DNA of 64,000 bases from Octopus sinensis (Eukaryota): the NCBI RefSeq assembly GCF_006345805.1, contig NC_042998.1, positions 140,616,001 through 140,680,000 of the forward strand, read 5' to 3'. Positions 24,021 through 38,579 of the stretch are shown here, piece after piece. The notes below the pieces were generated by a model. It worked only from the letters and a program-made list of their open reading frames with translations. It made no database searches and had not been told where the DNA came from. Numbering within the stretch: the stretch's first letter is position 1; the number at the start of each line of letters is the position of its first letter. A program made the position numbers and the translations under genes.

Positions 24021-24957
24021 GTGTTCTCTCCACTATCACAGGCAGCAGCAGATATAGTCACTGGTCTTACCAAACTAAGATCACTGAATGGCAAGCGTGA
24101 GGTGAACGACCAAGTCGAAAGCACAAACTCTCAGGCTTTTGAAGTTGAATACGGTTAAAATTCAGTTGAACATCAGAAAGTTGGCTTGTGTGTGTTAAAA
24201 ACACCATGCGCATTAAAGAATTGCCATTCTTCGTAGCTATGTTACATGATTCTGACGTACACCAATCTTTTATTTTATGAAACTGGCATTTAAAAGGATT
24301 CAATGGTTTCGATCATTGGTATTCGGATAAAGATAGCCTACCTAAAATGCGGTTATCTGATGAATGATGGCGTTGTATAAATTTTGTTTCTTAAAGTAAA
24401 TCCAGTTTCTTGTATTCAAGCATTTACTGCTGTGTTGCGCCTGAAAATAAGTTTATAGCTTTCTGCTCTCGCCAGGAGAAATCCTTAAAAAAAACCATAG
24501 CATCTTGGAGTTTGGTAAATCTTGTATATTTTTATACAGGATACTGAGTAAGAGATAAGGTAAGAAATGAAACTCTAAGTTGCAACTCTTTTTCGTAGAA
24601 GAATACACTGCAGTAGATTGAATACCCAATATGAATAATTTCATGCTTCCAAACAGGGATTGTCTGCGGCATCCGAAAATGTTTTTAGGAAGATATGGCA
24701 AACGAATGCTGTTCAAGTTAATAGTGAGTAGATGAATAAAACTGCGATGAATTTACGAACTGTAGCCATTGCTTGTATGTGAGGACCTCTCATTAATGAT
24801 CAAAGAATTTCCCCTTTAAATGAAATTTCCGGTTTATTCTGTGAGTAGACTAAGAGGACAGAAATCATTTTAAAAGGGAAAAGGGGAAATTATCAAAAAC
24901 ATTGACCGCATTCTTCTTTTAATGAGTTTTGTTGTAATATTTACAGTGGTACAAAGA

Positions 24958-25120
24958 CGGAGAGCTGGCAGAATCGTGAGCTCACCGGGCAAAATGCTCA
25001 GCGGCATTTCGTCCGTCTTTACGTTCTGAGTTCAAATTCCACCGAACACTGAGATCGATGTAATCGACTTACCCTCTCCTCCCAACTTGCTGGTTTTGTG
25101 CCAAACTTTGAAATCAACAT
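24958..25120 (+). mobile_element. SINE family A with internal deletion
   Basis: gagctggcagaatcg...ccgggcaaaatgc...gagttcaaattcc then gatcgatgtaatcgactt...ttgtgccaaactttgaaa. Confidence 0.8.
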
Positions 25121-26469
25121 CTCCAATGATATTGCCATCTGTAGAGATTCATCACAGGAACTGAAAATTTTTTAAAGAACTGTAACTATACACGAAATTC
25201 ATTTCTGTCAAAAGTTGGGAGGAATGAAAAAAACACCTTCATAAGGGCGAAATAGAAGAGAATCGCTATGGAAGCGTGAAGTGTGAACTAAGATCTTAGT
25301 TTCGCTTTGTGGTCTTGCAAGTCTGTAAAACCACGAGGTAGAGACCATCTTATACTCTTCTACTCCGGTGACGTGATATAGATCGTAGAACACACATAGA
25401 GTCACCGATTTCTCCAAACTTGGGTCACTTCATGGCGATCGTGCGTTGATCAACCTGGGCTATATGACACGTAAGCTTTGCTTGAATGAATCTGAATACA
25501 GTGCCAAATCAATTGAACTAATGTTGAACATCAATGTATAAAATACCATGTGTATCGAAGAAGGATATCATCTTTTGTTAAGTCTTCCTCCTTTTTGTTG
25601 CAGTTGTTATTTTATTTATTTTTTCCCCTTCTGCGGTCTCTTTTTTTTTCTTTTCTTTTTTTTCGTCTCTGATATGACACACTGTCATGTAATTGTGCGG
25701 TTTACTTCTCACAGTTTATAATATGGCGCCCTTACATTTCTGTTTAATTTCTTCTCTTTATTTGTGTTTATATTGTGTTGTGAATATTTTGTTAGACACT
25801 TCTTTATGTTTCCTACTTCTGGTAATGGAGGTTATATTCTTTGTCTTCATTTTCGCCTTTATGCTTTTCTCTTTGTTCACAACAGTCATTTTGTTTGTAT
25901 TTCGTTTTTATTATTTTGTTTTCTTATTTTTCTATCCTTCCTGTGTAATGTACCATTATGTTATGTTATATTTATGTTTCTTCGTTATCAACATTATTCT
26001 GAATCCTTGGTTAATTTATCTTAGAAGATAATTGTCATAATTTTTCTGTTTCTGATTGTTCATATCTGAAAGTTGTACTATAAGTCGTCGCATTCTGCTT
26101 TTTCTCATCTGCGGCGGTTGTCTTCCTATTTATGTACGTTTTTGTATCGTGTCGTATCGTATTCTGTTTGTCTTTATGTCTGCCCATCTTTTTTTGTTCA
26201 ATTCTCCAGTTAATTTTTATAGTTTCCTTCTCTGATATTCGACTTTGATGTCATTGTGTTGTTAATTTCGTTAGTTATAATCTGTTAGCTTCGTATTTCG
26301 GTCGAATTTTTGTCTCCTAATCTTCGCTTTCGTTATGTGCATTCAATGTTTAGCTTATACACACCTCTGTATGTCTGAAAATATATTCCTATTTACGCAT
26401 TGTAACTTATAATCTTGTTACTTCATTAAAGGCTTAAGTACTTGCTGTGCATGCGCACTGATGTCATTT

Positions 26470-26670
26470 GAATTGGCAGTATTGTTAGAACATCAGGCAA
26501 AACCTCCTTACAGTATTTGACTGCATTCTGTACATCTTCAGTTCAAATCCCACCACGGTCAACTTTGTGTTTCATCCTTTCGGGATGAATTAAATAAGTT
26601 GCAGTAACGTCTTGGAGTAGATATAATTAACTGACCTACCTCACCAAATTTGTGACCTTTGTAACAGTGT
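26470..26670 (+). mobile_element. SINE family A, degenerate
   Basis: ttcaaatccc..ggtcaacttt..tttcatcctttcggg..taaataag. Confidence 0.65.
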
Positions 26671-27114
26671 TAGATTCTTTAAAATCAATTCAAATATGTT
26701 TGAGACACATTTAACCAGTGAAAAAAAAAAAACATTTTTTACTGTGGCTTACCTTTGACAAAAACCCTCGCTTTAGATAAAAAGTATATAAAACCCAAAG
26801 CCATTTTAGAACACCTCCTATGAACTAATACATGCATTTCGAGCTCGTAATGCATTTATCTTATCTGATAACAAGCGGAACAACTCCGAATAACCGGAAG
26901 CATTCACTTCCTTTTAAGAATTCAGTAGAAGTAATTTAGTAACCGATATTAACATTACGTTTTAATGATATGTTTCATTTGCTAGTGGGAGTTACAAAAT
27001 TGTACATATAGGAGAAATATGTAAGATGCCTCCTACTTTAACGTCTAATCACAATTTTGGAGTTCTGGAATATGCAGATGTAATTCTTGATGACACACTT
27101 TGGATTATAATCCT

Positions 27115-27135
27115 ATGTATGTGTGTGTGCGTGTT

Positions 27136-27215
<80 letters not shown>

Positions 27216-27225
27216 ACATGTATAT

Positions 27226-27259
<34 letters not shown>

Positions 27260-27337
27260 CACACACACATATATATGAGTAACAAAATGTTACTGGTGTC
27301 AATTCATTACGGCCGTTTATATATACATATATATATA

Positions 27338-27393
<56 letters not shown>

Positions 27394-27487
27394 ATATTAA
27401 CGCCCGTAATATATGTATATATATATATAGATGTACATGTATATATACATACATATATGCATATATACATACATATACACACACAGA

Positions 27488-27529
<42 letters not shown>

Positions 27530-27530
27530 C
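27115..27530. repeat. (TA)n/(TG)n/(CA)n compound microsatellite
   Basis: Direct inspection. Confidence 0.95.
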
Positions 27531-27719
27531 GTGGGCAAGAAAGCTGAAACATTAAAGTCATAGCCAATCTTTTCCTTATAAAAGCTTAATATGTTTTCTA
27601 TAAAAAATATTGAGTAGTTTTTCAGTCTAGTGTTAAATTGTTTTTGTATATAACAAGAAAGAATTATTGATATATCATTCATACCAGCAGTTTTCTGCTA
27701 GTATACATTGGTTTTAAAT

Positions 27720-27935
27720 TTTAGCTCAAGGCCACCAATTTCAGGGGGAAGAGGTAAATTGATTACATTGATTCCAGTGTTCAACTGGTACTTACTTTAT
27801 CGACCCCGAATAGCTAAGTCGATCCCGAAAAGCAAAATCGATTCCAGTGGCATTTGAACCCTGAACGTAAAGACGAACGAAATGCCGCTAGGCATTTTGC
27901 CCGGCTTGCTAATGATTCTGCCAGCTCGCCACTTC
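27720..27935 (-). mobile_element. SINE family A
   Basis: actggtactt..ttatcgaccccgaa...atttgaac...gaaatgccgctaggcatttt gcccgg..gctaa.gattctgccagctcgcc. Confidence 0.85.
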
Positions 27936-28299
27936 TACCAGTATATAATGAATAGGAAAATTGTAGTGCGGAAAGAAGTAGCGCAGAATATATGTTGTAT
28001 TATTATATAATAATCAATATGTTAAAGGACATCGATATATTAGCTAACAATAAATGCAAAGTCATCGACGTAGATGCAGAAAATAACCTAAGGTCTTCAT
28101 CATTCAAAAGACCATGTATATAACCGATTGAAACTTTAAATAAAATGTTTTTAAGCAATTTTGATATGATAAATACAGTTGCGGCCAAAATGTTCAGAAC
28201 GGCATTGTTTTCGCCAGAAAAGTAGGTATAAGTTTTTATCTAAGTTGTTTTATGTTCTATAATTTTCACAGACAATAAATACGATATTAATTGTTATTG

Positions 28300-28680
28300 T
28301 CTGAGATTTTGGTGTAATTTGAGAGGATAATACAAAAGTTATGGATGATGTAGTGATTTAGAAAAAAAGAATAACATCTCGTGAATGTGTAATGGGGGAT
28401 ATAGTATGTCCCTTTGTGAAAGAGTGAAAGAGAATGTCCATTGTTAAAGAGTGAAAGAGAAAGAACAGGTAAAGCTTGGTAAGTACAATGATCTGAGATA
28501 CGAGATAAGCGACTATGGGAATGTAAGAGTGTAAATAAAGGTAATGACACTTTCCATCGGTGCGTTGGGTACCGTAAGCAGAAATTTCGAAAAGTTCGAG
28601 GAACATCTTGGTTGTGACATAAACTTCTTTGTTGTACAGAAAGTTTAAATACGAGCTGGCATCAAAAGGTCTCTGAACTA
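28300..28680 (+). pseudogene. RLE-type non-LTR C-terminal fragment
   Basis: ..DIVCPF..KEQ.K.GKYNDLRYEI...IGALGTVS.NFEK; 28408-28680 is an inverted near-copy of 35475-35750. Confidence 0.75.
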
Positions 28681-28689
28681 GTTATTATT

Positions 28690-28886
28690 TTATTCTTTTA
28701 CTTGTTTCAGTCATTTGACTGCGGTCATGCTGGAGCACCGCCTTTCGTCGAGCAAATCGAACCCTAGTAAGCCTAGTACTTATTCTATCGTTTTTTTTTG
28801 CCGAACCGCTAAGTTACGGGGACGTAAGCACACCAGCATCGGTTGTCAAACGATGTTGGGGGGGGGGGACAAACACAGATGCACAA

Positions 28887-28925
<39 letters not shown>

Positions 28926-29089
28926 CTTACATACGACGGGCTTCTTTCAGTTTCCGTCTATCAAATCCACTCACAAGGCTTTGGTCTGCCCGAGGCTATA
29001 GTAGAAAACACTTGCCCAAGGTGCCACGCAGTGGGACTGAACCCGGAACCATGTGGTTCGTAAGCAAGCTACTTACCACACAGCCACTC
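28690..29089 (-). mobile_element. tRNA-derived SINE family C, full length
   Basis: Head gagtggctgtgtggtaagtagcttgc...gggttcagtcccac, CCTTGGGCAAGT (resembles CORE start), internal (TA)/(TG) tract, tail gactgaaacaagtaaaagaataaaa. Confidence 0.92.
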
Positions 29090-29249
29090 CTAATTTTCAT
29101 AAATACTCTCAAAGTATCTCAGGTATGTATGTATGCATGTATGTATGTATGTGAGTGTATGTATGCACGCAAGTATGTGTGCATGCATATATGTATGAGC
29201 ATATATTATGTGTGTGTGTGTGTGTGTGTGCGTGTGTTTGTATTTGTCC

Positions 29250-29460
29250 CCAACACCGCTTGACAACCGGTGTTGGTTTGTATGTGTATCCCGTCACTAA
29301 GCGGTTCAGCAAAGAACCAATAGAGTGAGCATATAAGTATCAGACTTCACGCGCGCGCGCTAAAGTAATAAGTCATCGGGTCTATTTATTCGTGTAAAAC
29401 CCTCCAAGGTAGTGCCCCTGTATGGCCGCAGACCAATGATTGAAACAAGTAAAAGAAGAA
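29250..29460 (+). mobile_element. SINE family C 3' part, degenerate
   Basis: tttgtcccc..cgcttgacaaccg..agcggttc.gcaaag...tggccgcag..tgattgaaacaagtaaaaga. Confidence 0.75.
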
Positions 29461-29528
29461 AAATACAAAGAATGATTTACGTATATTATTAGTTGTTCAT
29501 TCTAGATAATAATATTTACTGCGCATGT

Positions 29529-29929
29529 CAGGCGGCGAGCTGGCAGAAACGTTAGCACGCCGGGCGAAATACGTATCCGTATTTCGTCTGCCGCTACGTT
29601 CTGAGTTCAAATTCCGCCGAGGTCGACTTTGCCTTTCATCCTTTCGGGGTCGATTAAATAAGTACCAGTTACGCACTGGGGTCGATGTAATCGACTTAAT
29701 CCATGTGTCTGTCCTTGTTTGTCTCTTCTGTGTTTAGCCATTTGTGGGTAGTAAAGAAATAGGTATTTCGTCTCTCTTTACGTTCTGAGTTCAAATTCCG
29801 CCGAGGTCGACTTTGCCTTTCATCCTTTTGGGGTCGATAAATTAAGTACCAGTTGCGTACTGGAGTCGATCTAATCGACTGGTCCCCTCCCGCCCAAAAA
29901 TTTCAGGCCTAGTGCCTACAGTAGAAAAG
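29529..29929 (+). mobile_element. SINE family A dimer with 18 bp TSD
   Basis: Left monomer, junction taaagaaataggtatttcgtc, right monomer; TSD aatatttactgcgcatgt at 29511-29528 and 29930-29947. Confidence 0.95.
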
Positions 29930-30039
29930 AATATTTACTGCGCATGTGTAGTTTATAATATTTTATTATTTCATCGTCGCAATAAATTCTTCGGAGCAAA
30001 GTCCTGTTGTTGTTATTGTTAATCTGAGAATGTTTACTA

Positions 30040-31210
<1,171 letters not shown>

Positions 31211-31519
31211 GTCGAAATTCATCTGTTGCGATTGTGTGTCGTTGATGCAGTTTTATTTAAATTTTTATACAGTTTTGTATATATGACGTCATGTGCTATT
31301 TTGCTTGTGTTCCGGTGTTTTTAAGCATGTTGCTTTGTTTAGTCTCACCGTTTTCTTGATTTTGAATTTTCCCCTTCTTCGTCTTGTGTTTTCTTGTAAG
31401 ACCATATATTCTGTAATTCCTCTTTCAAAATTTTATTTTTGTCTCTTCTTATTTAATTAACTTTACAAAACACACTCTGACATTAATATCTCAAGGCCTA
31501 GGACTTAAATGGCTAGTTC

Positions 31520-31700
31520 CATGTTGTATCAATGACCGATATCATATTATTCCTCCTGAGATGGACGTCACCTGAGTGGAATGGAGCAAGGTGAAATGAA
31601 GTGTTTTGCTCAAGAACACAGTACACCGCCCACTCAGGGAGTGGAAACCACGATCTTGAGATCGCATGTACAACACCCTAACCACTAGGCCACGCGTCTT
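31520..31700 (-). mobile_element. SINE family B
   Basis: Minus gtgaagacgcgtggcctagtggttagggtg...gtgttcttgagcaaaacacttcatttcac. Confidence 0.85.
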
Positions 31701-31779
31701 CACCTACAAGAGAACAGCTACCACATATTTCATGATCTTCAATGACTGTATTAACGGAAACTACGAAAACACCCCTCAA

Positions 31780-32070
31780 TGTAACCATCCCAAATCTTGT
31801 CTTTTTATTAACACCACAAACTGTAAACTCAAACTCCACACACGTCAAGAAAAGATCATTGCACTCCACTTCTGCTGAGACATGAGTAACACTCAGCTGG
31901 AGTCCTCGCAAACGTTCCCAAGCCTAGGTCCCATCATCGCTGAGAATCTTTCCTGGCGAAACACATCCTTAACATAGTCAGGCCTGCATCTCAAAGACAG
32001 ACTTTTCTCTTCAGGACCAGAAAATATTTCGATGCTAAAATGCTGCTGCTAAGCTAAAACAGTCTGTATG
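31780..32070 (+). pseudogene. Degenerate CR1/Jockey-group RT C-terminal fragment
   Basis: SLGPIIAENLSW..HILNIV..ASQR..FLFRTRKYF...LLL. Confidence 0.6.
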
Positions 32071-32379
32071 TTACGTCTTTCGTTCAAAGAGCGTCTGATG
32101 ACATCAAAGATACAGAAGTTATTGCCAATAAGACAAGCGTGAAAGTGCAGCATATCAGCTACAAATTAGATGTAGCTTGCTGTGAATGTTGCTTCTTGGG
32201 TAAAATATTTACCCCTTTAAAATGCTTCGTGGTTATATGTTCCGGGTCTTTGCATTTTGACTTCAAATCCCATTGACATTAACTTTGCCATTAATTTTGC
32301 CTTTCTTCCCTCCGTGGTCGAAAAATATTTTTCTTAAGTATTAGGAGCGATACTTTACTCTCCACACGCACGAACATAA

Positions 32380-32425
<46 letters not shown>

Positions 32426-32839
32426 AACATACGATTACGCTGCGTAGAGAGAGTATCGTTAACAGAGTACCGTATCGTGTTGGGATACTCAGAATGCTTT
32501 CTCCTTGCAAGAAACTGAGTATTGAAAAAGTACCCTCAATGTGATTCATGTCAAAAATGCGACGAGACTTTCTTTCCAGCATACAAGAATGTATACGTTA
32601 GAAAATACAATACATCATATTTTAAGAAACGCTAACTCGCAACTGTCTACAAACTGAGAGACATTTGGGTAGACAAACTATTAACATTTCAAGAAAAACG
32701 AAAGCCTAAAGCGGTGGGAAGGGTACAGGAATGAAAGAGCAGCGGATTGTTTCTTTCCTAGACAAGAGGTTAAAATGTAGACCGTCTTCGAAAGACAATA
32801 TATAGACCTGTTTAAGGGTATTTTGAGGGGTGCATACAC

Positions 32840-32841
32840 AT

Positions 32842-32877
<36 letters not shown>

Positions 32878-33129
32878 GTATGTATGTACACACACACACG
32901 CGCGCGCGCGCACACATTCCATGACATTTAAAACAGACGATACGACGATACGGTAACGTGCTTCAGCCATTAGTGGTAGGGGCTCATCAACAAAATGACG
33001 TTTGATTTATGAAGTACTTAGGGAACAAAATTGTGCTGCATGAACGTGTAGGCAGGCACATGTGTGTGTGTGTCTGTGCGTGCGTGCGTGCGTGCACACA
33101 TGGGCACATGCTTGTGTGTGTGTGTGTGT

Positions 33130-33165
<36 letters not shown>

Positions 33166-33261
33166 GTGTGCATGCGGGCGTGTGTGCGGGAGTGTGTGTG
33201 TGTGCGCGTGCGGGCGTGACCAGATGTTTTGTGTGTATGTGCATGCGCGCATGGGCACATG

Positions 33262-33303
<42 letters not shown>

Positions 33304-33610
33304 CGCACGTGTGTGTGTATGTATGTGCGCGTGTGTTCCTTGAGGAATTTTTTCGTAATACAATACTTTGTCAGTCACCAATAATTTCCGTTGGCTTGAT
33401 TTAATAAGAACAGAGGCCAATTTCTTAATAGTTAGAGTTGTTAGAAGTGTGTGTATGTGTGTGTGTGTGTGTGTGTGTTGTGTGTGTGTGTGTGTGTGTG
33501 TGGTGTTGTGTGTGTGTGTGTGTGTGTGTGGTTCTGGGCGAGTAAGGATGCTTTTCTCTTTATGTTCCAGATAAAACACGCACGAACACACACAAACACA
33601 TACACACGTA
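32840..33610. repeat. (CA)n/(TG)n/(CG)n compound microsatellite field
   Basis: Direct inspection. Confidence 0.9.
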
Positions 33611-34034
33611 AATATTTAATCAATGTTCGATTTTTTGGCTACGTTTATTTCAAAATAGCCATTTAATCGACAAGAAATAAGCTGTCTGCTCCAGGTAAGA
33701 TGCCACTTGGTAAAATAATAAGAAATTTTAACTCCAGTCCGAAACAGAAAGAGAGAGAGAGAGAGAATAAATAAAAACTGCTATGTACTTCTAAGAGCGA
33801 GGGGTTTCGGAGAAGAGAGGAGCACATAATATGGTACCCCAGATGCGTAGGGTCCTCGGGATCCGTCGGGTTCCTTGATTAACCCAGAATGCAATTTTCC
33901 CCTTATTCGGAAATTTGTTTGTTAGAAGTTTTTGTTGATGTTGTTGTTGCTTTATTTTTCACGTTTCCATATAAATCCACATTTCCTAAATGTTTTCGCG
34001 GCTCTTGTGGCCCATGAATAAATAACTATTGTAG

Positions 34035-34125
34035 TTGTTGTTTTCCATTCGATCCATGTGAACCCCACGTTTTTTCCTTTGATGTTGCCCCCAATGCTTC
34101 GGACCCTTGTGGCTAGTAAAAAAAT
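34035..34125 (+). mobile_element. Tx1-family 3' tail remnant
   Basis: gatccatgtgaaccccac..tttgatgt..caatgcttcggacccttgtggc..taaaaaaat matches the reverse complement of 50095-50190. Confidence 0.6.
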
Positions 34126-34261
34126 CTTTATTAAAATAACGAAATCATTTGTTTTTATCTCTGTCTTAGGTGTTTTGTGGGTCCATTTTACAGGAAAGCA
34201 AGTCACATCCCGCGTCCTTAGGTAGCCAGTATTTTTTTTTAAGTTCTTGCTGCCCCTAATA

Positions 34262-35066
34262 CCAGGTCGTATCAAAAAGTTCCCGGACTAGTTCAGTAGC
34301 GCGCCAACAGATGACAGCACTGCAGTGAGAGCTAGCAGAGACTTTCGTGAAATAGTGTGCCGAGTGAAATCGCTGTGTTTACTTTGCAAGTTGTGAAATT
34401 TGTGTTTTTGAGATCATGTGTATGCTGTAGTTTGCGATTTTGTCATGGATAGGAACAAAGAGCCAATTTTACGTTAAACTTGGGAAGTCTGTCACAGAGA
34501 CATTGAGCATACTTCGGTAAGCTTACGATCGTACACAAAGTGGGAAAACGTCCCTAGAAGACGATCAGCGATCTGGAAGACCTGCCACGAGCGTCACCCC
34601 CGGAAATGTGGTATTGTGCATCGAGAATTCGTTCCCCAGGGCCAGACCGTCAATCGAGAGTTCTACTGCAACGTTTTGGAGCGTTTGAGGGAGGACATTC
34701 GGCAAAAGCGACCGGACCTTTGGAGCGCGAAGAATTAGATTCTTCACTGAGCTCTCTTCCCTAGTGAGTTTCTTGCCAAAAACAACATGGTATCGCTTCC
34801 GCACCCACCTTATTCGCCAGATTTAGTACTTGCAGACCTCCCTCTCTTCCCCGAGATGAAAATACTGCTAGAAAGTCGCCGTTTTAACACTGTTGTCGGA
34901 TCCAGAGCGAATTGCAGGTCCTCGACTCACTTATGGAAAACGACTTCCAGGCCTGATTCTAAAAGTTGCAGGAACGCTAGGATCAGTGCATTACTGCGCA
35001 AGGTAACTATGTTGAAGGAGATGATGTTAAAACTTAAGTAAATAAGTCGTATTTTTTTTATTAAAC
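34262..35066 (+). mobile_element. Degenerate mariner element (5' TIR plus deleted transposase)
   Basis: TA|CCAGGTCGTATCAAAAAGTTCCCGGACT TIR-like start; GIVHREFVPQGQTVN..FY..VLERL...RP; PHPPYSPDL motif; ..DQCI..QG.YVEG; 3' TIR absent. Confidence 0.9.
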
Positions 35067-35230
35067 GAGTGGTTGTGTGGTAAGTAGCTTGCTTACCAAC
35101 CACATGGTTCTGGGTTCAGTCCCACTGCATGGCACCTTGGGCAAGTGTCTTCTACTATAGCCTCAGGCAGACTAAAGCCTTGTGAATGGATTTGATAGAC
35201 GGAAACTGAAAGAAGCCCGTCGTATGTAAG

Positions 35231-35263
<33 letters not shown>

Positions 35264-35470
35264 TTGTGTATCTGTGTTTGTCCCCCCCCCCCAACATCGT
35301 TTGACAACCGATGCTGGTGTGCTTACGTCCCCGTAACTTAGCGGTTCGGCAAAAAAAAACGATAGAATAAGTACTAGGCTTACAAAGAATAAGTCCCGGG
35401 GTCGATTTGCTCGACGAAAGGCGGTGCTCCAGCATGACCGCAGTCAAATGACTGAAACAAGTAAAAGAAT
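35067..35470 (+). mobile_element. SINE family C, full length
   Basis: Inverted near-copy of 28690-29089. Confidence 0.92.
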
Positions 35471-35474
35471 AAAA

Positions 35475-36240
35475 TAATAACTAGTTCAGAGACCATTTGA
35501 TGCCAGCTCGTATTTAAACTTTCTGCACAACAAAGAAGTTTATGTCACAACCAAGATGTTCCTCGAACTTTTCGAAATTTCTGCTTACGGTACCCAACGC
35601 ACCGATGGCAGGTGTCATTACCTTTACACTCTTACATTCCCATAGTCGCTTATCTCGTATCTCAGATCATTGTACTTACCAAGCTTTACCTGTTCTTTCT
35701 CTTTCACTCTCTATCAATGGACATTCTCTTTCACTCTTTCACAAAGGGACTTTTTTTTCTGAAAGATTAGGATATCGGACTGTGAATGTTCCATGACCAT
35801 ATCTCTCTGCAATTTACAGTCCCACAGGATTTTCGTATTTTCTTTCACCAATACCTTCTCAACCTTGTGATCATACCACTTTTTGAAAGAAGAAAGTTGT
35901 ACTTCTTAGAGATTTTCCAATGCACAGCATTCGCCACCCTATCATGTCTCCTCTTCTGTGCTAGTTTTGAACATTTTGAAACTATGTGAGCAATCGTTTC
36001 CTCTCTTTCACCTCACATCCTACGCTTCCCGTCAATATTTTCTTTGTCAATGACTTTCCTAATGTTTCTCGTTTGCAAAGCTTGCTCCTGCGCAACCATA
36101 ATCATTCCTGCAGTCTCTAACTTCAGGCCACTTCCCTTCAGCCAGTTCCAGCTCTTATCTCCTTGAACTCTGCCTGTAGCTGCAACGAATTGCTGCCATA
36201 AAACCCTCCTTTTCATGTTGCACGTCTTTTTCCCCCCTTT
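35475..36240 (-). pseudogene. RLE-type non-LTR fragment (Zn-knuckle and RLE)
   Basis: SW.WLK...LK.ET.G.I...QEQAL.TRN; CEVKEETIAHIVSKCSKLAQ..RHDRVA..VHW; WY.H; KYNDLRYEI. Confidence 0.85.
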
Positions 36241-36329
36241 CATCATCAAGGATATTTTCCTTTTTTACCGACTTCATTAATTTTTCGTTGCTTTCGCTTA
36301 TGTATATTTTGAGATTGGTAACCTCCATA

Positions 36330-36555
36330 TTCGCACAATCTTCAACATTTACGAGCTAAAAAATTCCTGGCTTTAAAGGTATCGCGAAAGAGTATGGCGA
36401 AAAACTCGGGATACCCGAGTTTTTTTAAAAGGACTACAAAAATTGAAGGACCGTTGCAATAAGTGTGTGAAATTGAAAGGGGAATATGTTGAATAAATTT
36501 ATAATTAATTAACCCACCTGTATTTTCTTTTACCCAAAGCCAGTACCTACTCGTA
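36330..36555 (+). pseudogene. Mariner transposase 3' end fragment
   Basis: GLQKLKDRCNKCVKLKGEYVE* (mariner C-terminus). Confidence 0.75.
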
Positions 36556-36677
36556 TAAAACCCCGCCCTCCTTTACCCCTCTTCACATATAGCCGGTGAA
36601 CATCTCTTTAGGGATGGAATGCCCTTTATAATGTTAACAATTTTCTAGTTTTTCTGTCTAAGGCCATTAGGTCATCC

Positions 36678-37165
<488 letters not shown>

Positions 37166-37289
37166 GATTTTAACGCCGTAGACAATCACCTGGCTTGCCT
37201 GGTGCTTAGCACATCTCAGGAAGCCCCACCTGACATCTGTTCCGTACCTGTTGAACTTACCTCGATCAGGTAGTACTGCTAGGCTTTGA

Positions 37290-37420
37290 ATTTCTGGAAG
37301 TTATCTATAGTAGCCTCCAGCTCCAAAGACCTCTGAAACAGACCAGCTCGTCCGTTCTCGTCGATGCCCAGAGCTTCCCCGAGAATGTCGTTGCTCTTAC
37401 TAACCACTAGAACTTGTATA
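37290..37420 (-). pseudogene. Short degenerate Tx1 ORF2 fragment
   Basis: ggaagttatc...aaacagacc.gctc..cgtt.tcgtc.a.gcc.agag.ttccccgagaa.gtcgt matches 45865-45975. Confidence 0.7.
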
Positions 37421-37525
37421 TATTGCTAAGCTTTGGCTAGAACTTCCTCCAAGCGCATTGGTCGACTGGGAAAAATGTGGTGAGCATCAATAACAATGAA
37501 GCCGAAAGATGTTGGAAAGGAGATA

Positions 37526-38047
37526 CCGTAAATCCTCGTGTATAATCCACATTTTCCCCCAAAATTTAAAAGTCAAAACCCCTAGTGCGTACTATATACG
37601 AGGTTAAAAATGAAAATTATTTTCTAAGCAATGTACGAGTCTCTATTTGCTGCTGTCCGGCAATGTTTATTCCGACGCATTTTGTGATGTAGGGAGCGAA
37701 AATACCTTAAGCTAAGCCTGAAAGCAATGGAGTCATAAAAGAATCATCCATAACTTGCAGTCAGCAACATTTATTAAATGTTATTACTGTTATTTCTGTT
37801 ATTTCTTTATTTTCTGCAAACAAAATGCACAAAAACAGCTACACGTTTGCATTATGTTATATATACAATAATAATAAAGAATGTTACCGTATACAGTTTT
37901 ACAAACCAAGGACACTATATAGACCTCCTTGACTCAAGTTAGAGAAGGGTGCGTATTATACACAAGGTTTAGGTTTTTCAGAAGTACAGCTCCCTAAAAT
38001 CCCCTGCGTATTATACTCAAGGGCGGACTATACTCGAGGATTTACGG
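37526..38047. mobile_element. pogo/Tc1-type MITE (522 bp)
   Basis: TA-flanked TIRs CCGTAAATCCTCGTGTATAATCC / GGACTATACTCGAGGATTTACGG with subterminal tgcgtattatac repeats. Confidence 0.88.
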
Positions 38048-38234
38048 TACGCATTATCGAGTTGTAGAAAAGGGCATTTTTGTATTCTGCAAGAATTCTG
38101 AGAAAGATCTCTGAAATTTGAGGAGACATGTTATCACCAAATCTCAAGACAATGTACCTGCTAGTTAAAATGATACATAATGAGTAATTAACCATTGTTT
38201 CGCATTTTGACGCAAGAACAACAATTTTGAAGAG

Positions 38235-38555
38235 AAGGGGATAAGTCGATTAAGTCTTCGCCAGTATTTGACTGGTACTTTACCGGCCTCAGAAGGGGGA
38301 ATGACAGACTTGATCTCAGCAGGATTTGAGCTCAGAAGGTAAAACGACGGATCAAAGGCCGCATTTTTGTCTGGCACTCAAACGATTCTGCCCGCTCGCC
38401 ACCTCATAATGTCTTCAGATTTTGGCACAAGACCAGCAATTAAAAGGGGAGGGGATTAGTGGATACCATCTACCCCAATACTTGACTGGTACTTTATTTT
38501 CTCGACCCCTAAAGGAATGAAAAACAAAGTTGACTTCGGCAGGATTTGAACTCAG
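38235..38555 (-). mobile_element. Two adjacent degenerate SINE family A copies
   Basis: Core gactggtacttta and gatttgaactcag motifs at 38235-38405 and 38430-38555. Confidence 0.8.
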
Positions 38556-38579
38556 CCAATGAAGAACCGAATAATAATG

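Noticed and set aside
24548-24567. 20 nt segment between tatacAG and GTAAGA
   Set aside because: Stop codons in all three frames.
25690-26400. Strand-biased T-rich stretch with hydrophobic ORFs
   Set aside because: No recognisable motifs; may be a very old LINE remnant but cannot be supported.
28174-28200. TA-CAGTTGCGGCCAAAA Tc1-like TIR
   Set aside because: No partner TIR or transposase sequence found.
33659-33694. 36 nt micro-exon candidate (PFNRQEISCLLQ) with strong donor CAG|GTAAGA
   Set aside because: Acceptor lacks a pyrimidine tract and there is no other support.
34169-34221. Exon-like segment after ctctgtcttAG
   Set aside because: Donor is weak, and the adjacent unique-looking DNA (34035-34125) turned out to be a Tx1 tail remnant.
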